In this document: piece by piece, positions 10,052 through 20,151 of the stretch
How the letters are laid out: each line of letters begins with the position of its first letter
How positions within the stretch are numbered: position 1 is the first letter of the stretch
Origin: an uncultured Acidobacteriaceae bacterium
GTDB lineage: Bacteria > Acidobacteriota > Terriglobia > Terriglobales > Acidobacteriaceae
DNA: 64,000 bases
Assembly (NCBI GenBank): GCA_963838555.1
Contig: CAWIRK010000002.1
Span: forward strand, 62,127 to 126,126
Direction: 5' to 3'
Made by a program: the position numbers and the translations under genes
The notes under the pieces: generated by a model
Databases searched by the model: none
Told to the model about the DNA's origin: nothing
What the model saw: only the letters and a program-made list of their open reading frames with translations

Positions 10052-10966
10052 CTATTTATGCTGGAGATATTCTAGAGCTTCAAGCACGGCTTTTTCCAAG
10101 GCGATGCGCTGGTCGGAGTAGGAGTGGTCGGTTGTGAGGTGGACGGTGGTGATGTCGGTGGCGCCGGCTTTGTGAAGGGCGGCCACGAAGGCGTCGTTGG
10201 AGGGAGCGAGGCCATCGTCGGAGGTGATGATGAGGACGGGGCGAGGGGCGAGTTTTGGTGCGAGGTTGGGGATGTTCCAGGCTGCTGCGTTCGTGATGAC
10301 TTCTTTGGCGAGGCTCTCGGGGGTGCAGCCGGCGAGGGGTGCCATGCCTTCGGCTGCGAAGTGGGCAGCGAGGCGGGTGGTGGCTTCTTTTTCCTGAGGG
10401 GGTTTGAGGGATTGCACTTTGTCGACGCCCATGTCGGCTGCGGAGATCAGGCCGACTGCTTTGATCGCCGGGTCTTGCGCGCCGGCGTAGCGAGCCATGA
10501 ATCCGCCCATGCTGTGACCGATAAGGACGATGTAGGCGGAGTCGGAACGGAGTTTTTGCGCGTGGGCGGGGTCGCGCAGGTAGGCGATGGCGGATTGCGT
10601 GTCTTCGATGGAGTGGGTGAAGGAGAAGTCGCCGGGAGAGCCCCAGGAGCCGCGGTAGTCGAAGTAGACAACGTCCCAGCCGTCACGGCGAATGGCTTGC
10701 GCGAGGTCGAGATTTTTTTCGTTGCCGGGGAAGCCGTGAAGAAGGACAACGACCGGATGGGGGCCTGGGCCTTCGGCGATGTAGGCGAGGGCGTTGAGCA
10801 TGGCTCCGTGGCTGGGGATTTGGAAGGTCTCCATGGCGGCGGGATTTGCTTTGTCCGGAGCGGGGTCGGTGGTGATGGCGGCCGTGGCGTTGGCGCTGGA
10901 TTGGGAGTAGAGGGACAGGGGGGCAGCGAAGAGAGCGGCAAGAATAGAGAGTTGACGTAGAGTCAT
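10052..10966 (-). CDS. Secreted alpha/beta hydrolase
   Basis: Signal peptide; LLHGFPG; DYRGSWGSPG; nucleophile elbow GHSMGG; C-terminal DHSY. Confidence 0.88.
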   Translation of the reverse strand: MTLRQLSILAALFAAPLSLYSQSSANATAAITTDPAPDKANPAAMETFQIPSHGAMLNALAYIAEGPGPHPVVVLLHGFPGNEKNLDLAQAIRRDGWDVVYFDYRGSWGSPGDFSFTHSIEDTQSAIAYLRDPAHAQKLRSDSAYIVLIGHSMGGFMARYAGAQDPAIKAVGLISAADMGVDKVQSLKPPQEKEATTRLAAHFAAEGMAPLAGCTPESLAKEVITNAAAWNIPNLAPKLAPRPVLIITSDDGLAPSNDAFVAALHKAGATDITTVHLTTDHSYSDQRIALEKAVLEALEYLQHK

Positions 10967-11088
10967 GGGTGATTATTGCACTTCAACGATTATTGTTTGA
11001 TTGGCGGAGGGTGGCAGTGAGATGACCTGGGATTAGTATGGCGCATGTGTGGGCAGCATGATTCCGAGTACAAATGAGGAGAGCGTGA

Positions 11089-12561
11089 ATGAGTGATGGG
11101 CACAGGGAACTGGACCGGCGTCGGTTTATCGCGGGGGGTGCAGCGTCGGGGCTGGCGCTTGGCATGGGTGCTGCGAGCAGTCGCGGTGCGGAGGTGACGG
11201 ACGGTGCTGGGCAAGAGGCGGGCAAGCGTCGACCAAATGTGATTGTGTATATCGCCGATCAGTTCCGAGCGGATTTTGTTGGAGCAAATGGACAGAACTA
11301 CACAACGAAGACGCCGAACCTGGATGCGATGGCGGCCCGGGGAACGAACTTTGGCGGGGCGATCTGCAATCAGCCGGTTTGCTCGCCTTCGCGGTCGGTG
11401 TTGATGACTGGACGATATGCGACGGAGACGGGAGTGTGGCATAACGCGACGAACATTGATCCGTCGTTGCCGACGCTGGCGGGCGAGCTTCGCAAGTCGG
11501 GGTACTCGGCGAACATGATTGGGAAGTGGCACCTGGCGCCTGGGACTGAGGCGGAAGGTGGAGGCCGAGGGTATGTGAAGCCTGAGTTTCGTGGAGGATT
11601 TCTCGACCTGTGGGAGGGTGCAAACGAGTTTGAGTGGACGACGCATCCGTACGAGGGCACCATCTTCGACCGGGATGGCAAGGAGATCATGTTCAAGGAC
11701 GAGTACAGGGTGGATTTCGTGACGGACCGTGCTGAGCGATTTCTGAAAGAGAAACATGACCGGCCGTTTCTTCTGTATATCTCGCAACTGGAGCCGCACT
11801 TCCAGAACGACGAAAAGCGGTTTATTGGGCCGAAGGGGTCGGCGGAGCGTTTTCACGATCCGTGCGTGCCGAACGATTTGAGACCGCTGCCGGGGAACTG
11901 GCAATCACAATTGCCGGACTACTACGGATGCGTGGAGGCGATCGATAAGTCAGTGGGGCGAATCCTGCAGGTGCTGGAGGAGCAGAGGCTGGCGGAGGAC
12001 ACGATTGTTTTGTTTACCAGCGATCATGGCTGCCACTTTATGACGCGGAATGAGGAGTACAAGCGGAGCCCGCACAATAGCTCGATTCGGGTGCCGCTGA
12101 TTGTGCAGGGGCCGGGATTCAACAACGCGATGGCGCTGCCCGAGATTGTGGGCAATATTCATGTGATGCCGACGCTGCTGGATGTTGCGGGAGTGACTGT
12201 TCCTGCTTCGGTCAAGGGGCGAAGTATGATGCCGATGCTGACGAAGGCGGAGGCTCGCAAGGCGTGGCCGAACACGGAACTGGTACAGATCAGCGAGGCG
12301 ATGACGGCACGGGCGCTGCGGACGAAGGACTGGACCTATTGCGTGATCGATGCGCAGGGGCGGCGGTCGGAGAAGTTCTCCGACAAGTATGTCGAGTACC
12401 AGATGTACAGCCAGACAGCGGACCCTTTCGAGCAGGTAAATCTGGCGGGACGGCAGGAGTTTCGTGGGACTGCGACGGAGTTGAGAGCGGAGTTGAAAAA
12501 GATGATGGCGGCGGCGGGGGAGCCCGCAGTGGAGATCGAGGCCGTGCGGCATTATCCGTGA
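11089..12561 (+). CDS. Tat-exported formylglycine-dependent sulfatase
   Basis: DRRRFI Tat motif; RPNVIVYIADQ; CSPSR sulfatase signature; GKWHL; FTSDHG. Confidence 0.92.
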   Translation: MSDGHRELDRRRFIAGGAASGLALGMGAASSRGAEVTDGAGQEAGKRRPNVIVYIADQFRADFVGANGQNYTTKTPNLDAMAARGTNFGGAICNQPVCSPSRSVLMTGRYATETGVWHNATNIDPSLPTLAGELRKSGYSANMIGKWHLAPGTEAEGGGRGYVKPEFRGGFLDLWEGANEFEWTTHPYEGTIFDRDGKEIMFKDEYRVDFVTDRAERFLKEKHDRPFLLYISQLEPHFQNDEKRFIGPKGSAERFHDPCVPNDLRPLPGNWQSQLPDYYGCVEAIDKSVGRILQVLEEQRLAEDTIVLFTSDHGCHFMTRNEEYKRSPHNSSIRVPLIVQGPGFNNAMALPEIVGNIHVMPTLLDVAGVTVPASVKGRSMMPMLTKAEARKAWPNTELVQISEAMTARALRTKDWTYCVIDAQGRRSEKFSDKYVEYQMYSQTADPFEQVNLAGRQEFRGTATELRAELKKMMAAAGEPAVEIEAVRHYP

Positions 12562-12591
12562 GAAATGTTCAGAAACGCCTAGAATAGAGGC

Positions 12592-14665
12592 GTGAGCTTT
12601 ACGGAACAGTTCGATGTGGTGGTGGTGGGGGCGGGGCACGCTGGATGTGAGGCGGCGATGGCTTCTGCGCGGATGGGTCTGCGGACGGCGATCTTTACGT
12701 TGAATCTTGATTTGATTGCACAGATGAGTTGCAACCCGGCGATTGGCGGGATTGCGAAGGGGCATCTGGTGCGCGAGGTGGATGCTCTGGGTGGAGTGAT
12801 GGGTGAGGTTGCAGATGCGACCGGGATCCAGTTTCGGCTGCTGAATACGTCGCGTGGGCCGGCGGTGTGGTCGCCTCGGGCGCAGTGCGATAAGGCGCTT
12901 TACCGTGTGAAGATGCGTGAGGTGCTGGAAGGGCAGAAGAATCTTTTTATCAAGCAGGCTGAGGTTGTGGACCTGATTGTTGAGCAATTGGGTCCGGAGC
13001 GAGTTGTGCGTGGACTGAAGCTGCGGGATGGACGGACAATCCATGCTGCGGCGACGGTGGTGACGACGGGGACGTTTCTGAATGGGCTGATTCATTGTGG
13101 CGAGCAGCAGTACACGGCGGGGCGGAGCGGGGAGCCGGCTTCGGTTTTGCTGGGTGAGAGTTTGAAGCGGCTGGGGTTGCGCGAGTGCCGGTTGAAGACG
13201 GGAACGCCGCCTCGGCTGGATGGACGAACGATTGACTGGAGCAGGTTTGAGGAGCAGCCGGGGGATAGCGATCCTACCCCGTTCAGCTTCCGGTCTGATG
13301 TTGGGAGAGGCGGGTCGCTTCCGCTGCGGCAGATCATGTGCCACATTGCGCATACGACGCCGGAGACGCTGCGGCTGATTCGCGAGAATGTGCATCGGTC
13401 GCCGATGTATACGGGACAGATTGCGGCGATTGGGCCGCGGTATTGTCCGTCGATTGAGGACAAGATTGTGCGGTTTCCGGAGAAGACGCGGCACCAGTTT
13501 TTTCTGGAGCCGGAGGGGTTGAATACGCATGAGGTCTACATCAATGGCATGAGCACGAGTCTGCCGATGGAGGTGCAGGCGGCGATGGTGCGGTCGATTC
13601 CGGGACTGGAGAATGCGGAGATGCTGCGGCCGGGGTATGCGATCGAGTATGACGCGATCGATCCGACGGAGCTGGATCGGACGCTGCGGGTGAAGTCGTT
13701 TGAGGGGCTTTATCTTGCGGGGCAGATCAATGGGACGAGCGGGTATGAAGAGGCGGCTTGCCAGGGGTTGATGGCGGGGATCAATGCGGCTTTGGCGGCT
13801 CGGGCGATGTTGAGTGGGGGAACGACTGAGACGTTCACGCTCGATCGCACGGAGGCGTACACGGGGATTTTGATCGACGATTTGATCAGCAAGGGGACGA
13901 ATGAGCCTTACCGGATGTTTACTTCGCGGGCGGAGTTTCGGCTGCATCTGCGGATCGATAATGCGGACCGGCGGCTGACTCCGCATGGGCGGCGGCTGGG
14001 GCTGATTGATGATGATGCCTGGGCGGAGTATGAGGCGAAGCAGGCGCGGGCGGCGGCGTTTGAGAAGATGCTGGGCACGGCGCGGGTGAGGGTGGAGGAG
14101 TTGCCGGCGGAGTTGCTGGCGCGGCTTGATGGCGATGCGGCGGGGGTTAGCGGGCAGACGTTTGCGCAGTTTCTGAAGCGGCCGGAGGTTTCGGTGGAGG
14201 AGATTGCTCCGGTGTTGCGGGATCGTTTGGCTGAGGATTGTGATGTTTTTGGGGGATGGGTTTCGGCTATGGATAATGCCTCGCCGGACTTGAAAGAGAA
14301 CGGTCGTGCTTCGGACGATCCCCACATCTCAGGATCGAGATATCGCGCACCTGGTTCCGTGGCGCGGTTGCCGGCGTGGGTTCGCAATGAGATGAAGACG
14401 GTGGAGACGGAGATCAAGTACTCGGGTTATCTGGATCAGCAGCGGCGGTCGATGGAGAAGATGCGGAAGGCGGAGAAGCGGGCGATTCCGGGGTGGTTTG
14501 ATTACAGTGCGGTGAGCGGGCTTTCGAGCGAGATGAAGCAGACGTTGTCGCGGGTTCGTCCGCAGACGCTGGGGCAGGCGAGTCGTATTGCCGGGGGTTA
14601 CGCCGGCGGCGGTGAGTCTGATTCATGTCTATATCGAGATTCAGGGACGGGCGCGGGTCGCCTGA
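12592..14665 (+). CDS. mnmG: tRNA U34 carboxymethylaminomethyl modification enzyme MnmG (GidA); apparent +1 indel at about 14595
   Basis: [50 protein letters not shown]; removing one G from GGGGG restores [28 protein letters not shown]-stop at 14665. Confidence 0.96.
14300..14354. repeat. Degenerate REP-like palindromic element inside the mnmG coding sequence
   Basis: GGTCGTGCTTCGGACGAT-CCCCAC-ATCTC-AGGATC-GAGAT-ATCGCGCACCTGG; same CCCAC...GCACC frame as the intergenic hairpin at 23065-23109. Confidence 0.55.
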
Positions 14666-14747
14666 CGGTGGCAGGTTGACCTCAGAAAAATGATGTAACC
14701 ATTGGCGATGTCGCGGCGTCGAACAGGGTATTGAACGGAGAAGTGCG

Positions 14748-15470
14748 ATGACGGCTGGCGTAAGGACAGGATTGATTGGGCTGGGTGTCGTTGTAGTTGC
14801 TGGTGTTACTGATTGCAGGTGGCAGGAGGATGATTATGGGTACAGTGATGGGAGCTGAGGCTGCAGAAAAGAGCCGATTCCGGCTCCGGCGATGGATGAG
14901 CAGCGAATGCCGGATGCAAAGCATGAGACGGCGGTGTTTGCGGGCGGATGCTTCTGGGGGGTGCAGACGACGTTTCAGCGGATCAAGGGTGTGACCGCGA
15001 CGACGGCGGGCTACTCGGGTGGCTCGGCAGCAGACGGCGACTTACGATCAGGTTTCGATCGGAGACGACGGGGCATGCGGAGTCGGTGAAGATTGTCTTC
15101 GATCCGTCGCGGATCAGCTATGGGACGCTGCTGCGGGTGTTCTTCTCCGTGGTGCATGATCCGACGCAGTTGAACCGGCAGGGGCCGGATGTGGGGACGT
15201 CGTACCGGTCGGTGATCTTCTATACGACGCCGGAGCAGGAGAAGATTGCGAAGGCGTATATCGCGCAGCTCGATGCGGCGCATGTGTTTCCGAAGAAGAT
15301 TGTGACGGAGGTGGTGCCGCTGAAGGCGTTCTATGACGGCGAAGAGTATCACCAGGACTATGCGGAGAAGAATCCGAACAATCCTTACATCCAGGTCTGC
15401 GATGTGCCGAAGGTTGCGGCGCTGCAGGCAGCAGTTTCCGGAGTTGTTTCAGGACTACAAGCACAAGTAA
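14748..15470 (+). CDS. msrA: Peptide-methionine (S)-S-oxide reductase MsrA with N-terminal hydrophobic segment; about 5 apparent indels
   Basis: [49 protein letters not shown] recovered across shifting frames; likely stop TAA at 15468-15470. Confidence 0.88.
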
Positions 15471-15490
15471 GGCGCCGGCTCCGTTGTCTG

Positions 15491-15805
15491 CTACTGGGTG
15501 ACTTCGCCCTCGGGTTCGTCGGTGGGGTTGTCGATTTCGGCCTGGAAGCCTTCGAGCAGACGTTGCAGGAAGGCGTCGGTGTCGGTGCCTTCATTCTGGA
15601 TCTCGTGAGCGTGAGCGATGTGACGGGCGAGGTCGGCGAGGACGATGCCCCAGGCGAAGGGGTCTTCCCAGGCGCCACTTCGAATGCTGACGTGCTGGCT
15701 CTGCTCGGCGATCCAGACGCGCATGACCTCGAAGGATGCCTTGTCGCGCTGTGCTGCCGGTGGAATGGTCAAATTTTTCTCGACACCCATTTTCATCTGC
15801 CCCAA
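15491..15805 (-). CDS. DUF5076-like small protein (start may be a few codons downstream)
   Basis: IPPAAQRD..FEVMRVWIAEQSQHVSI...DPFAWGIVLADLARHIA pattern. Confidence 0.72.
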   Translation of the reverse strand: MGQMKMGVEKNLTIPPAAQRDKASFEVMRVWIAEQSQHVSIRSGAWEDPFAWGIVLADLARHIAHAHEIQNEGTDTDAFLQRLLEGFQAEIDNPTDEPEGEVTQ

Positions 15806-15995
15806 CTTGAATTGCGCTGATTTTCTTGTCTCGCTTTAGCCTATAACGGTTGAGGGCTGTGTGTGTCTGTGTGCCTTTAATCAAGGCGTAAACTGAGACC
15901 ACCGGATTCCGGACTCACTGCATTTACTGGATTTGCACAGATTCCACAAAATGAGCAGCTGTCCTCGGGCCCCGATTCCGATAATTTAGAACTTC

Positions 15996-17374
15996 ATGGC
16001 AGCATACCCTCACATTGTCGGAGATCAGGAACGGCCGACCTCAGTGCATGCCGAGATGACCATCCTCGGCGCAATGCTGGTGGAACCGGTTGCGATCATC
16101 GACGCAACGATGTTGTTGAAGACTGATGACTTCGCGCTCGACTCTCATCGCAAGATTTATGCCGCGATATTGCAGTTGGTTGAGATGGGTCACGGCGTCG
16201 ATATCGTTACTGTCACCGACTATTTGAGTAAGAAAAAGGAGTTGGACTCGGTTGGTGGGTTGCCTTACCTGGCCTCGTTGAGCGAAGGTCTGCCGCGAAA
16301 ACTCAGCATTGAGAGCTATGTTCGCATCGTTCGGGACAAGAGCTTGATGCGGCAGCTTTTGACCGTCTGCGACATGGGGATGATCGAGGCGTCCGATCAA
16401 AGCCGCGAGGCGCTGGATGTGCTGAACCAGGTAACGAGCCGATTGACGGAGATCTCGGAGCACGCCGTCACTGGGGGCTTTTCTGATATTGCGGCGATTG
16501 TGAAGGACTCGTTCGGCTCGATCGATGCGCTGTATGAGCAGGGGCGCGAGGTTACCGGGCTTGCTACGCATTACATTGAGTTCGATCGCATGACCAGCGG
16601 GTTGCAGGAGTCGGAGTTGATCATTATCGCGGCGCGGCCGTCGATGGGGAAGACGGCATGGGCGATTAATATCGCGGAGAATGCGGCGGTTCGCGGGGGC
16701 AAGGTGGTTGCCGTCTTCTCGCTTGAAATGAGCAAGGCCAGTCTGCTGCGTAGAATGCTGGCTTCGCAGGCGCTGGTGAATTCGAAGGCGATCCAGACAG
16801 GAATGCTGATGCGCGACGATCGAGCGAAGCTGATTAAGGGGCTTGAGCTGCTGATGGAGTCGAAGATATTTATCGACGACACGCCGGGTATTACGCTGGC
16901 GGAGATGCGGGCCAAGGCGCGGCGGTTGAAGCAGCAGCAAGGCGCAGCTTGATCTTGATTGTCATCGATTATCTGCAGCTGATGACGGGCTCTAATTCAA
17001 ATGCCAAGGGCTTTGAGAATCGGACGCAGGAGGTGTCGGCGATCTCTCGCGGGTTGAAGGCGCTGGCCAAGGAGATGAAGGTGCCGGTGGTTGCGCTGTC
17101 GCAGCTATCGCGTGCGAGTGAGCAGCGTGGTGGGGATAAAAAGCCACTGTTGAGCGATCTGCGGGAGTCGGGCTCGATCGAGCAGGATGCTGACGTGGTG
17201 TGCTTCATTCATCGTGAGGAGTATTACGACCGCGAGAACGAAGACCTGAAGGGCAAGGCGGAGATCATCATCGCCAAGCAGAGAAATGGGCCGACCGGCA
17301 GTATCCAGCTTGCGTATCTTGCGGACTATACGCGATTCGAGAATCTGCAGCACGGGGATCCCGGCGGCTACTAG
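15996..17374 (+). CDS. dnaB: Replicative DNA helicase DnaB; split by apparent indels at about 16944-16957
   Basis: [66 protein letters not shown]. Confidence 0.96.
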
Positions 17375-17406
17375 TCCCTGTTTCCCAGACCTCAAATTGG
17401 CAAAAG

Positions 17407-17432
17407 GCTACTGACATAACGCTGTCAGTAGC
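17407..17432. promoter_or_regulatory. Perfect 10-bp inverted repeat, probable WYL/YafY operator
   Basis: GCTACTGACA-TAACGC-TGTCAGTAGC; the 6-nt spacer ends 17 nt before a TATGCT -10-like hexamer (17440-17445). Confidence 0.7.
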
Positions 17433-17477
17433 GTGTCCGTATGCTGCCTCTGTATTCACAAAAGCACAGGAGGCACT

Positions 17478-17864
17478 ATGGATAGTCAGCGAAAGTCAGC
17501 AGCAGCGTGGTTCGAGATTCCCTGCGCCGATCTGGACCGTGCGCAGCGTTTTTACGAGACGATTCTTGGATGCAGGATGACGAAGGACGACTTCGGCGAT
17601 GCAGGCGATGTGATGTGCGTCTTTCCGGCAGAGCGCGGCGGTGTCGCTGGAGCTTTGGTGAAGCGGCAATTCCAGCAACCGAGCAGCAGCGGCACGATGG
17701 TGTACCTGAACTGCGACGGGGAGTTGGACGGCACGATCGCGCGGGTTCCCGGGGCGGGCGGTACGATCCTGATGAAGCGGACTCCGGTTCCCGGTGGGTT
17801 TGGCGCTTTTGCCTGCTTTAAGGATTCAGAGGGCAATCATGTCGGCATTCATACTTCGATCTGA
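17478..17864 (+). CDS. VOC family protein
   Basis: AGGAGG RBS; WFEIPCADLDRAQRFYETILG; FKDSEGNHVGI. Confidence 0.9.
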   Translation: MDSQRKSAAAWFEIPCADLDRAQRFYETILGCRMTKDDFGDAGDVMCVFPAERGGVAGALVKRQFQQPSSSGTMVYLNCDGELDGTIARVPGAGGTILMKRTPVPGGFGAFACFKDSEGNHVGIHTSI

Positions 17865-17929
17865 TGGCTGCGGAGCGGCAAAGTGAAATCGCAACCGAAA
17901 CCGTGGGCCAGGATAGTTAGGATAGGTGT

Positions 17930-18641
17930 ATGCGACGGGCTGACCGGCTGTTCCGGATCGTACGAATCCTGCGTGGCGGCCGGCTGCAGACGGCACGCAT
18001 GCTGGCCGAGAAGCTTGAGGTCTCGGAGCGTACGATCTACCGCGACGTCAGCGATCTTCAGACGTCTGGTATGCCGATCGAGGGCGAGGCGGGGGTTGGA
18101 TACACGCTGCGGCGCGATCTGGACCTGCCTCCGCTGATGTTCACACGGGATGAGTTGACGGCGCTGGTTCTCGGAGCACGGCTGGTACGAGCCTGGGGCG
18201 GCGCGGCGAGTGCTGTTGCCGCGGATCAGGCATTGCAGCGTATTGAGGGAGTGCTGCCTCCGGATCTTCGTGAGCGGCTCGACGCAATTCTGATGTACGC
18301 GCCGGGTTTTCAGATGCCGCAGCTATTTGCGGGAACGGCTCGACGTACTGCACGAGGCATGCATTGACCGCCGTGTGGTGGCATTTGCCTATACGCGGGA
18401 GGATGGCGAGAGCAGCGAACGCGAGGTCAGGCCGCTGGCGCTCTATTTCTGGAGCGGCGTTTGGACGCTGGCTTCGTGGTGCGAGCTGCGCAAGGACTTC
18501 AGGACGTTTCGGATGGACCGCATGCAGGATTTCCGGCTGCTGGATCGCGAGTTCGTCCAGAAGAAGGGGCAACGACTCGAGGATTATCTTCGACAGGTGA
18601 CCAAGGAGAATCCTGTCGGGAGATTGCCTAAACGTGCTTGA
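17930..18641 (+). CDS. YafY family HTH-WYL transcriptional regulator; apparent indel at about 18326
   Basis: MRRADRLFRIV..LAEKLEVSERTIYRD; SEREVRPLAL..WTLASWCELRKDFRTFRMDRM. Confidence 0.92.
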
Positions 18642-18643
18642 TC

Positions 18644-19990
18644 CTATTTCTTCCCGAGGATCAGGTCGTCGATGCTCTTTCCGGCGTTGGCCGGCATGAT
18701 CAGGGCGTGGACGCTAACGGCGTGTGGCACGAGGTTCGGTGGCCACAGGGGATCGGCTGCGGCGACGGGACCAAGTGTTATGTCGGGGATCTTCGTGCTG
18801 ATGGCTGCGTTCATGGTGTCGATAAATTTATTGGCCACGACTGCGTATCCGGTGTTGGTGGGGTGAATTCCGTCGAGCGAGAAGAAGCCTCCGAGGAAGG
18901 TTGATGTGCCGGTGTATCCGTTGATTGTCAGGCCCGACGTGGACACCTGTTTGAAGAGTGCGTTGATGTCGACCAGCGTGGCTCCTGCTGCCTGCGCCTG
19001 CGTGGCGATCACCTGATTGAAGGCGGTGACCTGAGCCTGAACGGTGACGACTTCCGAAGCCGAGAGCACGCCGGCATCGTCGATGGGCCCTTTCTGCTTT
19101 CCTCCGAGGATCAGCGGGATCTCTGACAGGCCGGTCTGATTGATGTAATCGCCGGGAACGATGCCGAGAAGACCGCTCAGCACTGACGTTGGCAGGCCGG
19201 TTTGCTGGGAGGTTTCGGCGAGGATCAGAGCGGCGGGTTGAAGATAGGGCACCTGCGTCACGTCCGGAATATTTCCGATGACCAGATGCGCGGACGTCAG
19301 TGTCGTTAGCTGCGTCATCAATGCCTGATATTGAGTTGTGAAGTTGGCGACCGAAGTCATGCTGCTGGGCATGCCGGTGAGGTCGGCGATCAGCGCGTCG
19401 TTATTGCCGATCCAGAGGAAGATCGTCGTCGGCTGCCCTTTTATGGCGAATGTCCCCTGGCTGTAGTCCTGCCCGAAACCGAGGCCGGGAAACCCGAGGA
19501 CAAGCTGGTTGAGCTGCTGTTGTCCCGCTGCAGGATTCACGAGGGGGACTGTGTTCAAAACGTCATTCAAAAAGGCTCCGGGCACGGCGAGATCGGTGAC
19601 CTGGGTTGCGAAGTTATCGCGGCCTGTGGTGGTTCCGGGTGCAGTGGTTATCACTGGCGGGGGGCCAACGGAGACGAGTTGCAGCACGTTGGGCGCACCA
19701 GGGTATGCGATCAGCGGTTGAAGGATGGGGAAACCTGCCTGTTTGGCAACCAGAGGCGCCCAGCCATGCACTTGCTGAGTGTCCAGTAGCGAACCGCTCT
19801 GATAGCCCGCAGTCAGTGAGTCACCGAGAAAGACCGTGTTCGAGAAGTTGCCAGCGTTCTTTGCCTGCGCGGCCTGAATGGCAGCGAGCGGATTTGAACT
19901 GCCGCTGGAGCAGCCGGCGAGCGAAAGGCCAAGAGCTGTGGCGAGGAGCGTGTTCGAGAACCGTGAGGCTGAACGAGTATTCATTTTCAT
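18644..19990 (-). CDS. SGNH/GDSL hydrolase lipoprotein
   Basis: Lipobox LAGC; FLGDSLTAG; WIGNND; DGIHPT. Confidence 0.88.
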   Translation of the reverse strand: MKMNTRSASRFSNTLLATALGLSLAGCSSGSSNPLAAIQAAQAKNAGNFSNTVFLGDSLTAGYQSGSLLDTQQVHGWAPLVAKQAGFPILQPLIAYPGAPNVLQLVSVGPPPVITTAPGTTTGRDNFATQVTDLAVPGAFLNDVLNTVPLVNPAAGQQQLNQLVLGFPGLGFGQDYSQGTFAIKGQPTTIFLWIGNNDALIADLTGMPSSMTSVANFTTQYQALMTQLTTLTSAHLVIGNIPDVTQVPYLQPAALILAETSQQTGLPTSVLSGLLGIVPGDYINQTGLSEIPLILGGKQKGPIDDAGVLSASEVVTVQAQVTAFNQVIATQAQAAGATLVDINALFKQVSTSGLTINGYTGTSTFLGGFFSLDGIHPTNTGYAVVANKFIDTMNAAISTKIPDITLGPVAAADPLWPPNLVPHAVSVHALIMPANAGKSIDDLILGKK

Positions 19991-20151
19991 GACAGCGGAC
20001 TGGCCCCTTGGGAAGGTCGCGAAACTGGCTGGAGTCGCGGCGGGAGTGTTTTCTTCAGACGTGGTTTTGTATCACACTCGAGGTGCTCTCGGGAACGGGG
20101 GGTACTTGCGCGGCTATCTGCTGCGGAGGAACGCGAGGTTAGGATAGGGGT

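Noticed and set aside
11950-14325. 791-aa minus-strand ORF
   Set aside because: Arg/Pro/Gln-rich antisense shadow of mnmG and the sulfatase, caused by GC-rich codon bias
14948-15820. MsrA with a long C-terminal extension
   Set aside because: Read-through caused by an indel near 15430; the extension is antisense to the DUF5076-like gene
15925-15950. Possible DnaA boxes upstream of dnaB (ATTTGCACA, GATTCCACA), suggesting oriC near mnmG
   Set aside because: One to two mismatches each, no box cluster, and G skew does not visibly switch in the window
16940-16960. Split dnaB as an intein, programmed frameshift or two-gene helicase
   Set aside because: Two extra bases restore [16 protein letters not shown]; no intein motifs or slippery site, and it lies in an indel-dense region
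17930-18641. WYL gene as a marker of an anti-phage defence island
   Set aside because: It is a YafY-type regulator beside a VOC gene; no defence genes nearby
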